A stretch of DNA of 64,000 bases. Origin: Candidatus Marinacidobacterium sp. (GTDB lineage: Bacteria; Acidobacteriota; Vicinamibacteria; Marinacidobacterales; Marinacidobacteraceae). A model generated the notes under the pieces. That model saw only the letters and a program-made list of their open reading frames with translations, was not told the DNA's origin and searched no databases. The position numbers and the translations under genes were made by a program. The DNA is taken from positions 1,472,001 through 1,536,000 of the forward strand of contig OZ242011.1 in assembly GCA_965204755.1 (NCBI GenBank), given 5' to 3'. Positions 9,806 through 19,094 of the stretch are shown here, piece after piece (position 1 is the first letter of the stretch; each line of letters starts with the position of its first letter).

Positions 9806-10933
9806 ATGCGGCGGCTCCCTCGAACGCGCTCTTCCCGACCGCGGCGCATCCCGCCCGGCGGCGCGGCGGCGGTCGGCGCCTTCGCGGTCCTGGCGGCGTC
9901 GGCGGCCCCCGGGTACCGCTTCTACGCCGCCGCGGACGGCGTCGTGGTCCCCGGCTCGGCGGGAGCGGTCCGGTGGAACGCCGCGGAATGGGCCGAAGGC
10001 GGGACCCTCCGCTGGTTCCTCGCCCTGGATTCCGGGTGGACGGAACCTTGGGAAGACGAAGACGGGCCGCGCGACCCGCCGTTCGAGAGGGCGATCGAGG
10101 CGCGGCCCTACTTGGATCGAGCCCTCGAGGCGTGGTCGGACCTCTCCTCCGCGGACATCCGCTGGCGGGCGGGCGGAGCGCGAAACATCCCTGCCGACGA
10201 TCCGGACGGGTGGAACGCGGTGGGCGTCTCCGAAGCCGTGGCGGAGGCCGGGGCGCTGGCGTGGGCCGCCATCTGGATCTGGCGGCCGTCCGTGGCGGAC
10301 GATTGGGAGATCCTCGAGTGCGACATCGAACTGGCCCCCGGGTCGGCGGCGGCGCTCCGGGAGGAAGAGCCGGCCGGGCTCGCCACCCTCATCCACGAGT
10401 TGGGGCACTGCATCGGGCTCGACCACGCCGCCGAACACGCGGTCTATGCCGGCTACTGGGATTTCGACTCGGGCGTGTGGGGCGAGGCGCCGAAGATGTC
10501 CTACGGGTGGAACCTGAGCAACGCCCTGCTCGCCGACGACCGGGTCGGCGCTTCGCTGCTGCGTCCGGCGGCCGGCTGGGTGGCCTCGACCGGCGCCGTC
10601 TCCGGGCGGGTCACGGTTTCCGGCCGACCGGCGCGGTTCGTGACCGTCCGGAGCGCGCGGCTGGTCGGCGGCGAGGCCGCTCCCGGGCCCCAGGCGTTCA
10701 CCGACGGCGCCGGTCGGTTCGAACTGGAGGGGCTCGCGCCGGGCGACTACCTGCTCCGCGCCGGATCGTTCGTCAACGGCCTCGCCCATCCGGAACTCCT
10801 CGAAGCGGGCGCCTCCGGCGACGCCCGGGACGGCTCGCGCCTGGCGCCCGTGTCCATCAGCGCCGGTCAGACGACCCGGGGCGTGGAGATCGCCCTCGCG
10901 CCGGGCCGCGAAGGGAGCGCCTGGGTCGAGTGA
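9806..10933 (+). CDS. Secreted metzincin (matrixin/M10-like) metalloprotease with C-terminal carboxypeptidase-regulatory-like beta domain, paralog 1
   Basis: Signal peptide, HELGHCIGLDH (HExxHxxGxxH), Met-turn PKMSYG, GAVSGRVTVSG..TDGAGRFELEGLAPGDYLL. Confidence 0.8.
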   Translation: MRRLPRTRSSRPRRIPPGGAAAVGAFAVLAASAAPGYRFYAAADGVVVPGSAGAVRWNAAEWAEGGTLRWFLALDSGWTEPWEDEDGPRDPPFERAIEARPYLDRALEAWSDLSSADIRWRAGGARNIPADDPDGWNAVGVSEAVAEAGALAWAAIWIWRPSVADDWEILECDIELAPGSAAALREEEPAGLATLIHELGHCIGLDHAAEHAVYAGYWDFDSGVWGEAPKMSYGWNLSNALLADDRVGASLLRPAAGWVASTGAVSGRVTVSGRPARFVTVRSARLVGGEAAPGPQAFTDGAGRFELEGLAPGDYLLRAGSFVNGLAHPELLEAGASGDARDGSRLAPVSISAGQTTRGVEIALAPGREGSAWVE

Positions 10934-12042
10934 GCCGCCGCCCGCGCCCTCCGGCGCCGATGCGCCGCCCCCGCCTGGCCGCCGGACTGGCGGCGCTCGG
11001 CCTCCTGTCCGGCGGCGCCGCGTCCGGCTACCGGTTCTACGACGCGGGCGAAGCCTCCCTGGCGCCGAGCGCCGCCGCCGCCGCGCGCTGGCGCGCTTCG
11101 GTCTGGGGGCCGGGCGAATCCTTGGAGTGGCGCCTCGCCGACGACCCCGGCTGGACCTCCGCCTGGACCGGCTCTGAAGGAAAGTCCCACGACCCGCCGT
11201 TCGCCCGGATCGAGGACGCCGTTCCGCTGGTGGAGGCGGCGCTCGCCGCCTGGGCCGGTGTCGGGAGCGCCGACATCCGCTGGCATCTTTCCGGCGTCGG
11301 GCCGGGGCCGGGAATCGAGAAGGACGAACGGAACTCGTTGACGGTGAGACCCAACGACGGCGGCTTCGGCGGGCTGGCGACCTACCGGTTCGAGCGCCGG
11401 GACGAGGAGTCGCGCTGGGAAATCGTCGAGTGCGACATCGAGATCTCGCCGCTGGCGGCCGCCTACACCCGCTCGGACTCGCCCCGCAGCCTCTCCACCC
11501 TGCTCCACGAGTTCGGACACTGCCTCGGCTTGGCGCACGCCGCCGCCCACCCGCTCTGGGGCGGCTGGCGGGAGCGGGACTACGGGATCTGGGGCGAGAG
11601 CCCCAAGATGTCCTACGGACGGGCGCTGGGCAACGGGCTGACCGCGGACGACATCGTGGGGGCGTCCCTCCTCCGCCCGGCGGAGGGCTGGCCCGCCTCG
11701 ACCGCGAGCGTCGCCGGGCGGGTCACCGTCTCGGGACAGCCCGCGCCGTTCGTGTCCGTGTTGAGCGCCCGGCTGGCGGACGGGGCGCGAGCGCCCGGGC
11801 CGAGCGCGTTCACCGACGAGGAAGGGCGCTTCGCCCTCGAAGGGCTGCCGCCGGGGACCTACCTGATCGCCGCCGGCTCGCTGACCGAAGGCCGCGCCCA
11901 CGGCCGGCTGCTGGAAGGCGGCGCCGAACTCGACGCGCGGGACGGGTTCCGGCTCGACCCGGTCGCGCTCGCCGCCGGGGAGGCCCGGACCGACCTGGCG
12001 CTGGACCTGGCCGCCGGACGGGCCGGGAGCGGCCCCGGATGA
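10930..12042 (+). CDS. Secreted metzincin metalloprotease, paralog 2
   Basis: GTG overlapping upstream TGA; HEFGHCLGLAH, PKMSYG, TDEEGRFALEGLPPGTYLI; colinear with paralog 1. Confidence 0.8.
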   Translation: MSRRPRPPAPMRRPRLAAGLAALGLLSGGAASGYRFYDAGEASLAPSAAAAARWRASVWGPGESLEWRLADDPGWTSAWTGSEGKSHDPPFARIEDAVPLVEAALAAWAGVGSADIRWHLSGVGPGPGIEKDERNSLTVRPNDGGFGGLATYRFERRDEESRWEIVECDIEISPLAAAYTRSDSPRSLSTLLHEFGHCLGLAHAAAHPLWGGWRERDYGIWGESPKMSYGRALGNGLTADDIVGASLLRPAEGWPASTASVAGRVTVSGQPAPFVSVLSARLADGARAPGPSAFTDEEGRFALEGLPPGTYLIAAGSLTEGRAHGRLLEGGAELDARDGFRLDPVALAAGEARTDLALDLAAGRAGSGPG

Positions 12043-13247
12043 TCCGGTTCCTTCGGCGCTTCGCCGCGCCGGCGGCCGCCGGGGGCGGCGCCCTGGCGCT
12101 CGCGTCCGCCTGCGGCGGGGGCGGCGGCGGGACGAGCGTTCCGGCGCCGTCCGTACCCACGCCGCCGCCGATCGCGGCGGTGGTGTCCTTCGCTTCCTCG
12201 TCGGCGGAGGTCTTCGAGGGCGGGACGGTGGAAATCCCGATCCGCTACGAGTCCCGCAACCTGGCGGCGCCGTGGCGCCTCGGCGTCTCGCCGTTCCCGG
12301 GAACCGCGGCGGCCGCCGACTTCTCGCTGCCGGAGAGCGCCGTCGAGATCCCGGCCGGCTCCGGAACGAGCGGCGAGGTCTCCTTCACGGTCGCCGGCCT
12401 CCTCGACGACGACTTCGAGGAGGGGACGGAGACGCTGCGGTTGGCTTTCGTCCCCGACCCGGCGGTCGAGGCGCAGTTGGGCGCCGACCTGATCGTCTCC
12501 GTCCGGGAAGGCGGCGCGCTCCTGTCGTTCGCGCCGGGGCCGCTGGAAGTGACCGAGGGCGAGGCCGGCGCCGCGGTGATCCGCTACGAGGTGCGGAACC
12601 TGCCGACGGCGCTCCCGCTTTCGGTCTCGGCGCTTCCCGGCACGGCGGCGGAGACCGACTTCCGGCTCGAGCAGGCCGCCTTCGAAGTCCCGGCGGGACG
12701 CGGCGTGTCCGGCGAACTGGCGATTCCGCTTTCCGCTCCGACGGACCGGTCCTTCAGCGAGGGGGACGAGACCGCGACGATCCGTTTCGTCCCGCCGCAA
12801 GCGCCGACGGGCGTTCGCTTGGGCGGAGACCTCGAGTTCACGATCCGGGAGGGCGGCGCCTCCCCGTGCCCCGGCCTGACGATCAGCGCTCGGCCGCCGA
12901 CCGCCTCGGAACCCGGAAACGACGACCGCCTGGGCGCCGGGCACCTGTTCACCCGCCTGACCCTCCTCCGCGAGCCCGCCGCCGCGGGAACGACCCTGGA
13001 CTTCCGGGGGCCGTACTACTGGGAGGAGCGGCTCGCCGAGTACGACTACCGGCCCTTCGCCGCGACCCGCATCGCCCGCTGGAGCGCCGAACCGGAGGGC
13101 GCCGCCATCCGCCACGAACTGGACATCGAGTGGCCGGACGCCGCCACCCTGCGCGACCCGGATCTCGAACTCGGTTTCCTGGGCGGCGCCTGTTCCGGCG
13201 AACCGGTCGCGTCCTGTTCCGCGGAGGGCTGCGAACTCACTCCCTGA
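12039..13247 (+). CDS. Lipoprotein with two Calx-beta-like domains
   Basis: ATGA overlap; lipobox ASAC then GGGGGG linker; two repeats SFxxxxxxVxEG..GTAxxxDF..DxxFxEGxET; C-terminal Cys cluster. Confidence 0.7.
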   Translation: MIRFLRRFAAPAAAGGGALALASACGGGGGGTSVPAPSVPTPPPIAAVVSFASSSAEVFEGGTVEIPIRYESRNLAAPWRLGVSPFPGTAAAADFSLPESAVEIPAGSGTSGEVSFTVAGLLDDDFEEGTETLRLAFVPDPAVEAQLGADLIVSVREGGALLSFAPGPLEVTEGEAGAAVIRYEVRNLPTALPLSVSALPGTAAETDFRLEQAAFEVPAGRGVSGELAIPLSAPTDRSFSEGDETATIRFVPPQAPTGVRLGGDLEFTIREGGASPCPGLTISARPPTASEPGNDDRLGAGHLFTRLTLLREPAAAGTTLDFRGPYYWEERLAEYDYRPFAATRIARWSAEPEGAAIRHELDIEWPDAATLRDPDLELGFLGGACSGEPVASCSAEGCELTP

Positions 13248-13284
13248 ACCCGGCGCCCGCCCTCCGTCTCCGGCCCCCGCCGCC

Positions 13285-14442
13285 ATGAGCCGCCGCCGCC
13301 CGCCCCTTCCGTCGGGCGGCGGGCGCCACGAGGCCCGCTCGGCGGCGCGGCGGTTCGGCTGCCGGACCGTCGTCGCGCCGGCGATCGCCCTCTCGACCGC
13401 CCTCTCGACCGGGAACGCGCCCGGTTACCGGTTCACCGGGTACCGGCAGTTGCCGCTGCCGACCGTGGAGACCGCCGTCCGCTGGCGGGCGGACCGGTGG
13501 GGCCCGGGAGCGTCGGTCGTCTGGCGCCTGGCCCGCGACTCCGCCTGGACGGCGGCGTGGACCGACGACCTCGGGGCGCCGCAGCCGCCGCCGTTCCGGA
13601 CGGTCGCGGACGCGGTCCCGATGGTGGCGGAATCCTTGGGGGTTTGGGCGGAGGTCGCCTCGGCGGACATCCGCTGGCGGGTCGAGGGGACGGTCGCCGG
13701 CGCGGGAGGGGACCTCGACGGGACGAACACGATCTCCGTGGACGACGCCCCCGGCATCCTCGGTTGGGCGAGCGCCTGGTGGGAGCGGAACGAGGCGAAC
13801 GACGGCTGGGAGGTCGTCGAATGCGACATCGGCCTGGTCCCGACCGCGGTGGCCGGCTACGCGCCGGGACGACCGCGCCCGAACGCGACCCTGGTCCACG
13901 AACTCGGCCACTGCATCGGTCTCGACCACGCGAGCGACCCGGGGGAGTGGGCCGGCCTCCACGATCTCGATTCCGGCTTCCTCGGCGAGCCGCCCAAGAT
14001 GTCCTACGGGCGGCCGCTCACCGACCTCCTCCATCCGGACGACCGCGCCGGCGCGTCGCTTCTGCGTCCGGCCCCCGGCTGGAGGCGGCGCACCGGGACG
14101 ATCACCGGGACGGTCACCGCCGGCGGAAGACCGGCGCGCTACGCCGCGATCTTCAGCGCGCGGTTGGTCGGCGGCGAAGCGAGCCCCGGCCCGGCCACCT
14201 TCGCCGATGACCGCGGCCGGTTCGAACTCGCCGGCGCCGCGCCCGGCGACTACCTGCTGCGGGCCGGAGCGATCCCGGACATCGGGACCCACCAGAGCCT
14301 CGTGAACGAGGGCGAGGGGGCGTCGTTCGATGTCCGCGACGGCCTCCTGCTCGAACCGGTGACCGTCCGCGCCGGGGAAACGACGACCGGAGTCGCGCTG
14401 GTCCTCGCGCCGGGGCGCGCGGGATCGGGTTACCCGCGCTGA
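13285..14442 (+). CDS. Secreted metzincin metalloprotease, paralog 3
   Basis: HELGHCIGLDH, PPKMSYG, ADDRGRFELAGAAPGDYLL; same architecture as paralogs 1 and 2. Confidence 0.8.
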   Translation: MSRRRPPLPSGGGRHEARSAARRFGCRTVVAPAIALSTALSTGNAPGYRFTGYRQLPLPTVETAVRWRADRWGPGASVVWRLARDSAWTAAWTDDLGAPQPPPFRTVADAVPMVAESLGVWAEVASADIRWRVEGTVAGAGGDLDGTNTISVDDAPGILGWASAWWERNEANDGWEVVECDIGLVPTAVAGYAPGRPRPNATLVHELGHCIGLDHASDPGEWAGLHDLDSGFLGEPPKMSYGRPLTDLLHPDDRAGASLLRPAPGWRRRTGTITGTVTAGGRPARYAAIFSARLVGGEASPGPATFADDRGRFELAGAAPGDYLLRAGAIPDIGTHQSLVNEGEGASFDVRDGLLLEPVTVRAGETTTGVALVLAPGRAGSGYPR

Positions 14443-14445
14443 GCT

Positions 14446-14468
14446 GCCGGCGGCGTTCCCCCGCCGGC
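14446..14468. terminator. Hairpin between convergent genes
   Basis: GCCGGCGG-N7-CCGCCGGC inverted repeat; no U-tract. Confidence 0.4.
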
Positions 14469-14470
14469 GG

Positions 14471-15598
14471 TCACTCCGGTGTCAGTCCGGTCAGCCGGCG
14501 GAAGGCGGCGGCGATCCCCTCGCGGGAGAGGCCGCCCCCGAGCGCGGCGGTCAGCAGCATCCGGGCCTTCAGGCCGGGCACATCGCCGCCGGAGACGATG
14601 CCGCGTTCCCGCTCGGCGTCGGAGAGGACCACCCGGCCGGCCCCGGTCCGGGTGGTGAACACGACCACCGCTCCGGCGGCCAGCGCCCGGTCCACCGCCT
14701 CGTCCGCCTCCGGAGGCACATTCCCCCGGCCGAAGACCTCCACGACCAGCCCGCGGGCGCCGTTCTCCGCCGCCGCCAGGATCCCCGAAGCCCCGCCCCC
14801 GGCGGTCAGCCGCGCCAGTTCGACCCGCGGCTCCACCGCCGGGGTCTCGAGGAACACGCGCCGGCGCGGCTCGGCGAACAGGAGCAGGCGGCCCTCGTCC
14901 ACCGCCCCGACCGGCCCGGAAGCGGGCGAGGCGAAGGCGTGGAGCGCGATGGAGTGGGTCTTTTCGACTTCCCGGGCCGCGTGGACCTGGCCGTTCAGGA
15001 CGACGAGCGCCCCGAACCCCCGGAACCGCTCCGAGGCGGCGACCCGGATCGCGTCGAGGAGGTTCCGGGGGCCGTCGGTGTCGGGGTGGCGGGGGGCGCG
15101 CTGGGCGGCGGCGAAGACCACCGGCCGCCCGGCCGGCAGCACCACATCGAGCAGGAAGGCGGTCTCTTCGAGCGAGTCGGTGCCGTGGGTCACGACCACT
15201 CCCGAGAGTCCGGGGCGCGCGGCGAAGACTTCGCGCACCCGCTCGGCGAGTCCGAACTGCAACTCCGGATGCATCCGGGAACTGCCGATCCGGGAGAAGT
15301 CCTCGGTGGTGACCTCCGCCACTTCGGCGAGGCCGGGAAGCGCCGCCCGGAGCGCCTCTGCGTCGAGGGGCCCGGCGGCGCCGCCGGAGATCGTCCCGCC
15401 GGTCCCGATCAGGTGGACCCGGGGCAGGCTCGGCGCCTGTTCCGCGCCGCTCGCGGCGCCGGAGGCGGCGGACGAAAGGGGGAGGAGCGCGAGGAGCGCC
15501 GCCCCGAGGACGCGGGCGCCCGCTGACGACGGGGCCGGGGCGGCCGGGTCACCGAGCCCGGGTCGAGCCCGCCGGGCCGACACCGTTCCGCGCCGCAT
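14471..15598 (-). CDS. L-asparaginase/glutaminase (secreted, type II-like)
   Basis: IGTGGTIS and THGTDSLEETAF catalytic motifs, DGPRNL, VEKTHS; N-terminal signal peptide. Confidence 0.9.
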   Translation of the reverse strand: MRRGTVSARRARPGLGDPAAPAPSSAGARVLGAALLALLPLSSAASGAASGAEQAPSLPRVHLIGTGGTISGGAAGPLDAEALRAALPGLAEVAEVTTEDFSRIGSSRMHPELQFGLAERVREVFAARPGLSGVVVTHGTDSLEETAFLLDVVLPAGRPVVFAAAQRAPRHPDTDGPRNLLDAIRVAASERFRGFGALVVLNGQVHAAREVEKTHSIALHAFASPASGPVGAVDEGRLLLFAEPRRRVFLETPAVEPRVELARLTAGGGASGILAAAENGARGLVVEVFGRGNVPPEADEAVDRALAAGAVVVFTTRTGAGRVVLSDAERERGIVSGGDVPGLKARMLLTAALGGGLSREGIAAAFRRLTGLTPE

Positions 15599-15679
15599 GG
15601 GCGCGAACGCTACCGCCTTCGCGGCGCGCCGAACGCGCCGCCGCCGGGTGTCCGACGAGTATCCGACGAGGGCGCCCGT

Positions 15680-16495
15680 TCAGGGATTCGCCCGGGCTAC
15701 CCGGATGCTGCCGTTCACGGTGCGGACCCGGCACTCGCCGCCGCCTTCGCCGACCCGCACCCGCTTCCGGCGCCGCGTCGGCGTCGAGAGGTTCTCCGCG
15801 TCGGGAATCTCGAACTCCACCCGGCCGTTCACCGCGCGGGCGTCCACTTCCCCCTGCGCCTCCGGCCCCAGCGTCAACTGCACCCGGCCGTTCACCGTGT
15901 GGAAGGCGTGCCGCTCGCCCCGGGCGAAGCGGGACAACTCGGTGTCGATGTGGCCGTTGACCGTCTTGGCGTTCACGCTGCCGCGGTGGCCGTTCAGGGT
16001 GAGCGAACCGTTCACCGTCTGCGCGGCCAGTTCGCCGTCGAACCCTTCGGCATCGATCGTTCCGTTGACCGTCTCGATCCTCAGGTTCGCCCGCCGCGGC
16101 AGCCGCACCGAGTAGCGGACGCTGCCCTGCTGGCGGCCCCACCGGCGGCGGCGGTCGGAGCGCGTCCGGACCCGCACTCCGTCGCCGGTCCGCTCGACTT
16201 CGACCTTCAGGTTCCGCAGCGCCGCCTCGCTCGGCCCCACCTTGCGCGCGGTGATCTCCGCTTCCCGGCGGTCCCAGGCCTTCAGCGAGATCCACCCGTT
16301 GGTGTTCTTGATGTCGAAGGTGTCGCCGTCCTCGAAGGCCTCGGTGAAGGTCTCGATCTCCTCGGCGTTGGGCTCGCCGTGGAACGACACCCCCGCGCAG
16401 GCGGAGAGCGCCGGCGCGAGGAGGAGCGGGAGCAGCGCCCGGCGGGGGCCGGCGGCTCCCTCTCCCCGGAGGAACGGGGGGGGCGACTCCGTCAT
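15680..16495 (-). CDS. DUF4097 family beta-strand-repeat lipoprotein
   Basis: Lipobox LSAC; repeated TVNG motifs (ETVNGTI, QTVNGSL, KTVNGHI, HTVNGRV, RTVNGSI). Confidence 0.8.
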   Translation of the reverse strand: MTESPPPFLRGEGAAGPRRALLPLLLAPALSACAGVSFHGEPNAEEIETFTEAFEDGDTFDIKNTNGWISLKAWDRREAEITARKVGPSEAALRNLKVEVERTGDGVRVRTRSDRRRRWGRQQGSVRYSVRLPRRANLRIETVNGTIDAEGFDGELAAQTVNGSLTLNGHRGSVNAKTVNGHIDTELSRFARGERHAFHTVNGRVQLTLGPEAQGEVDARAVNGRVEFEIPDAENLSTPTRRRKRVRVGEGGGECRVRTVNGSIRVARANP

Positions 16496-16647
16496 GACGG
16501 GAGACGGTTACGGCCGGGGCGGAAAAAGGTTCCGCCCCGGTTTCCCGTATTCTCCGGGCCTTCCGCGTCCCTCCCTCCGCCGGGGGCGGCGGCCCCGATC
16601 GGGCGCCCGGTCGGCCGGCCCGCGCCCGAGGCGCCCGCCTTCGCCCG

Positions 16648-17943
16648 ATGCCGACCCTCCCCAATCTCTCCAGTCTCCCGAACTCCCCGGCGCTGCTGCC
16701 GCCGATCTTGCCGGTCCTCCTGTCAGCGGTCCTGTCCATCGCCGCGGCCGGTCTCGTTTCGGCCTCGGCGGCGGCCGCCGGCCAGCCGAACGCCCGGCCC
16801 CGGGCGCGGGACATCGGGCTCGCGCCCGGCGTGCTCCCGACCGGGCCGGAGAACGCGATCACCGATGTCCCCGGGGTGCTGGTGGGGCAGGTGACGCTCC
16901 GGGAAGGCGACTCGGTGCGCACCGGCGTCACCGCGATCCTGCCGCACGACGGGAACCTCTTCCAAGAGAAGGTCCCCGGCGCGGTCCACATCGGGAACGC
17001 CTTCGGCAAACTGGCCGGCTCGACCCAGGTCGTGGAACTGGGAACGATCGAGACGCCGATCGTGCTCACCAACACGCTCTCGGTCTGGGATGCGGCGCGG
17101 GCGGTGGTGACGCATGCGCTCGGGCTCCCCGGGAACGAGACGGTCCGGTCGGTGAACCCCTTGGTGGGCGAAACCAACGACGGGTACCTGAACGACATCC
17201 GCGGGCGCCATGTGCGGGAAGAGCATGTGCTCCGGGCGATCGCCGAAGCCGCCTCCGGCCCGGTCGCCGAGGGTTCGGTGGGCGCGGGGACCGGGACTTC
17301 GGCGTTCGGCTGGAAGGGAGGCATCGGCACCTCGTCGCGGCGCCTGCCGGAGGCGCTCGGCGGCTACACGGTGGGCGCGCTGGTCCAGAGCAACTACGGC
17401 GGCGTGCTCATGATGGACGGGCTGCCGGTGGGCGAGGAACTCGACCGCTACTTCCTCCGCGGCGCGCTCTCGCGGGCGGACGCCGCCGGCGGCGGAGCGG
17501 CCGAACCGGAGGACGAATCCGACTACGCCGAGGAGAATCCCGACGGCTCCATCATGATGGTGCTCGCCACCGACGCCCCGATCCGTTCGCCGGGACTGAC
17601 CCGGCTGGCCCGCCGCGCGATGCTCGGCCTCGCCCGCACCGGCGCCACTTCCTCGCACGGCAGCGGCGACTTCGTGATCGCGTTCTCCGCGGCGCCGTCG
17701 CTCGTGAGCGCGTTCGACTCCGAGTCCCCGCTGGAGACCGGCGGCGTACTGCGCGGCGACCGGCTCTCGCCGCTCTTCCAGGCGGCCATCGAGTCCACCG
17801 AGGAAGCGGTGTACAACTCGATGCTGCGGGCTACGACGGTTACCGGGCGGAACGGGCACACCCGCGAGGCGATCCCGATCGAAGAGGTGCTGGCGGTGGG
17901 GCGGAAGTACAACCGGCTCCACCCGCCCGATCCTCCCCGGTGA
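16648..17943 (+). CDS. P1/S58 family peptidase (DmpA, D-aminopeptidase-like)
   Basis: NAITDVPGVLVG, RTGVTAILP, VNPLVGETNDG, EGSVGAGTG, DG/SIMMVLATDAP autocleavage site, HGSGDF. Confidence 0.92.
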   Translation: MPTLPNLSSLPNSPALLPPILPVLLSAVLSIAAAGLVSASAAAAGQPNARPRARDIGLAPGVLPTGPENAITDVPGVLVGQVTLREGDSVRTGVTAILPHDGNLFQEKVPGAVHIGNAFGKLAGSTQVVELGTIETPIVLTNTLSVWDAARAVVTHALGLPGNETVRSVNPLVGETNDGYLNDIRGRHVREEHVLRAIAEAASGPVAEGSVGAGTGTSAFGWKGGIGTSSRRLPEALGGYTVGALVQSNYGGVLMMDGLPVGEELDRYFLRGALSRADAAGGGAAEPEDESDYAEENPDGSIMMVLATDAPIRSPGLTRLARRAMLGLARTGATSSHGSGDFVIAFSAAPSLVSAFDSESPLETGGVLRGDRLSPLFQAAIESTEEAVYNSMLRATTVTGRNGHTREAIPIEEVLAVGRKYNRLHPPDPPR

Positions 17944-19094
17944 AGCCCTGGCGCATCGCCGGCGCCGGGCCTTCCGGGCTGGCGGCGGCGATCGCGCTCG
18001 CCGACCGGGGGCACGCGGTGGAGGTCTTCGAGCGGCGCCGCGCGGTGGGAACCCGGTTTCCCGGCTCCTTGCAGTTGCTGGACAACTTCACCTTCCCCGG
18101 CGACTCGCTGGAGGAGGTGCGCGGGCTGGGGATCGAGCCGGAGGGGTTCGTCCGGGGCCGATTCTTCGGCGCCCGGTTCTTCGCCCGGCGGGGAGGCCGG
18201 GGCGCCGGCGGCGCCGGGCGGCTCTCGAGCGCCGACCTGTCCGGCCGGGAGCCCTACGGCTACTGCGTCCGGCGGGGGCCGGAACCCGGCAGCCTCGACC
18301 ACGACCTGGCGCGGCAGGCGGAGGCGCGGGGCGTCTCGCTGCGCTTTTCCGAGCCTCTCGACCCGGCCGAGGCGGACATCGCGGCGGTCGGGCCGCGCGA
18401 GGCGGACGGGATCGCCGCCGAACAGCACTTCACCACCGAAGCCGCCGACCGGCTCGAAGTGCTCTGGGACGAGTCCATCTTCCCCGGAGGGGGTTACGCC
18501 TACCGCATCGTGAGCGGCGGGCGGGGCATCGTGGCCGCCGCGCTCATCGGCGCGACCGACCGGCCGCAGGGCAGCGGCGACGAGCGGCTGCGCCGCAGCG
18601 CCGAGTTCTTCCAGGAGCGCGACCCCATGCCGATGGAATGGGGCCCGGTGCGCTGGTCGCGGGTGAACTTCTACCTCTGCGACTTCGGCCGGGCCGGGCC
18701 GCTCCTTCCCGGCGAAGCCGGCGGCCTCATCGACTACACCGCCGGGTTCGGCATCCGCACCGCCCTGGTGTCCGGGCACCTGGCGGGAGTCAGCCTGGCG
18801 GAGGGGGGCGGCTACGAGGAACGCATCCGGAAGCGGTTCGGGCGGAGCGTGGCCGGGGCGATCGTCACCCGGCTCTTCATCGAGCGGTTCGGGTTCGGCC
18901 CGTTCCTGGCCCTCGCCGCCCGGTCGGACTTCCGCCGGTTCGCCGCGAGGTTCGCCGGCCCGAACCTCGGCCGGGCCCTGCTCGCCCCGCTGGCCCGGCG
19001 GCGGTTCGGGCGGGCGGCCCGGTGCCACCACCTGGGTCCTTGCCGCTGGTGCCGACCGAGGCCCTGGCGGCGCGAAGAGCCGGCTCCCGGTTGA
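17940..19094 (+). CDS. FAD-dependent oxidoreductase (geranylgeranyl-reductase-like)
   Basis: GTG overlapping upstream TGA; IAGAGPSGLAAA Rossmann motif, PGGGYAY, GEAGGLID..GFGIRTALVSG; C-terminal CHHLGPCRWC. Confidence 0.75.
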   Translation: MKPWRIAGAGPSGLAAAIALADRGHAVEVFERRRAVGTRFPGSLQLLDNFTFPGDSLEEVRGLGIEPEGFVRGRFFGARFFARRGGRGAGGAGRLSSADLSGREPYGYCVRRGPEPGSLDHDLARQAEARGVSLRFSEPLDPAEADIAAVGPREADGIAAEQHFTTEAADRLEVLWDESIFPGGGYAYRIVSGGRGIVAAALIGATDRPQGSGDERLRRSAEFFQERDPMPMEWGPVRWSRVNFYLCDFGRAGPLLPGEAGGLIDYTAGFGIRTALVSGHLAGVSLAEGGGYEERIRKRFGRSVAGAIVTRLFIERFGFGPFLALAARSDFRRFAARFAGPNLGRALLAPLARRRFGRAARCHHLGPCRWCRPRPWRREEPAPG

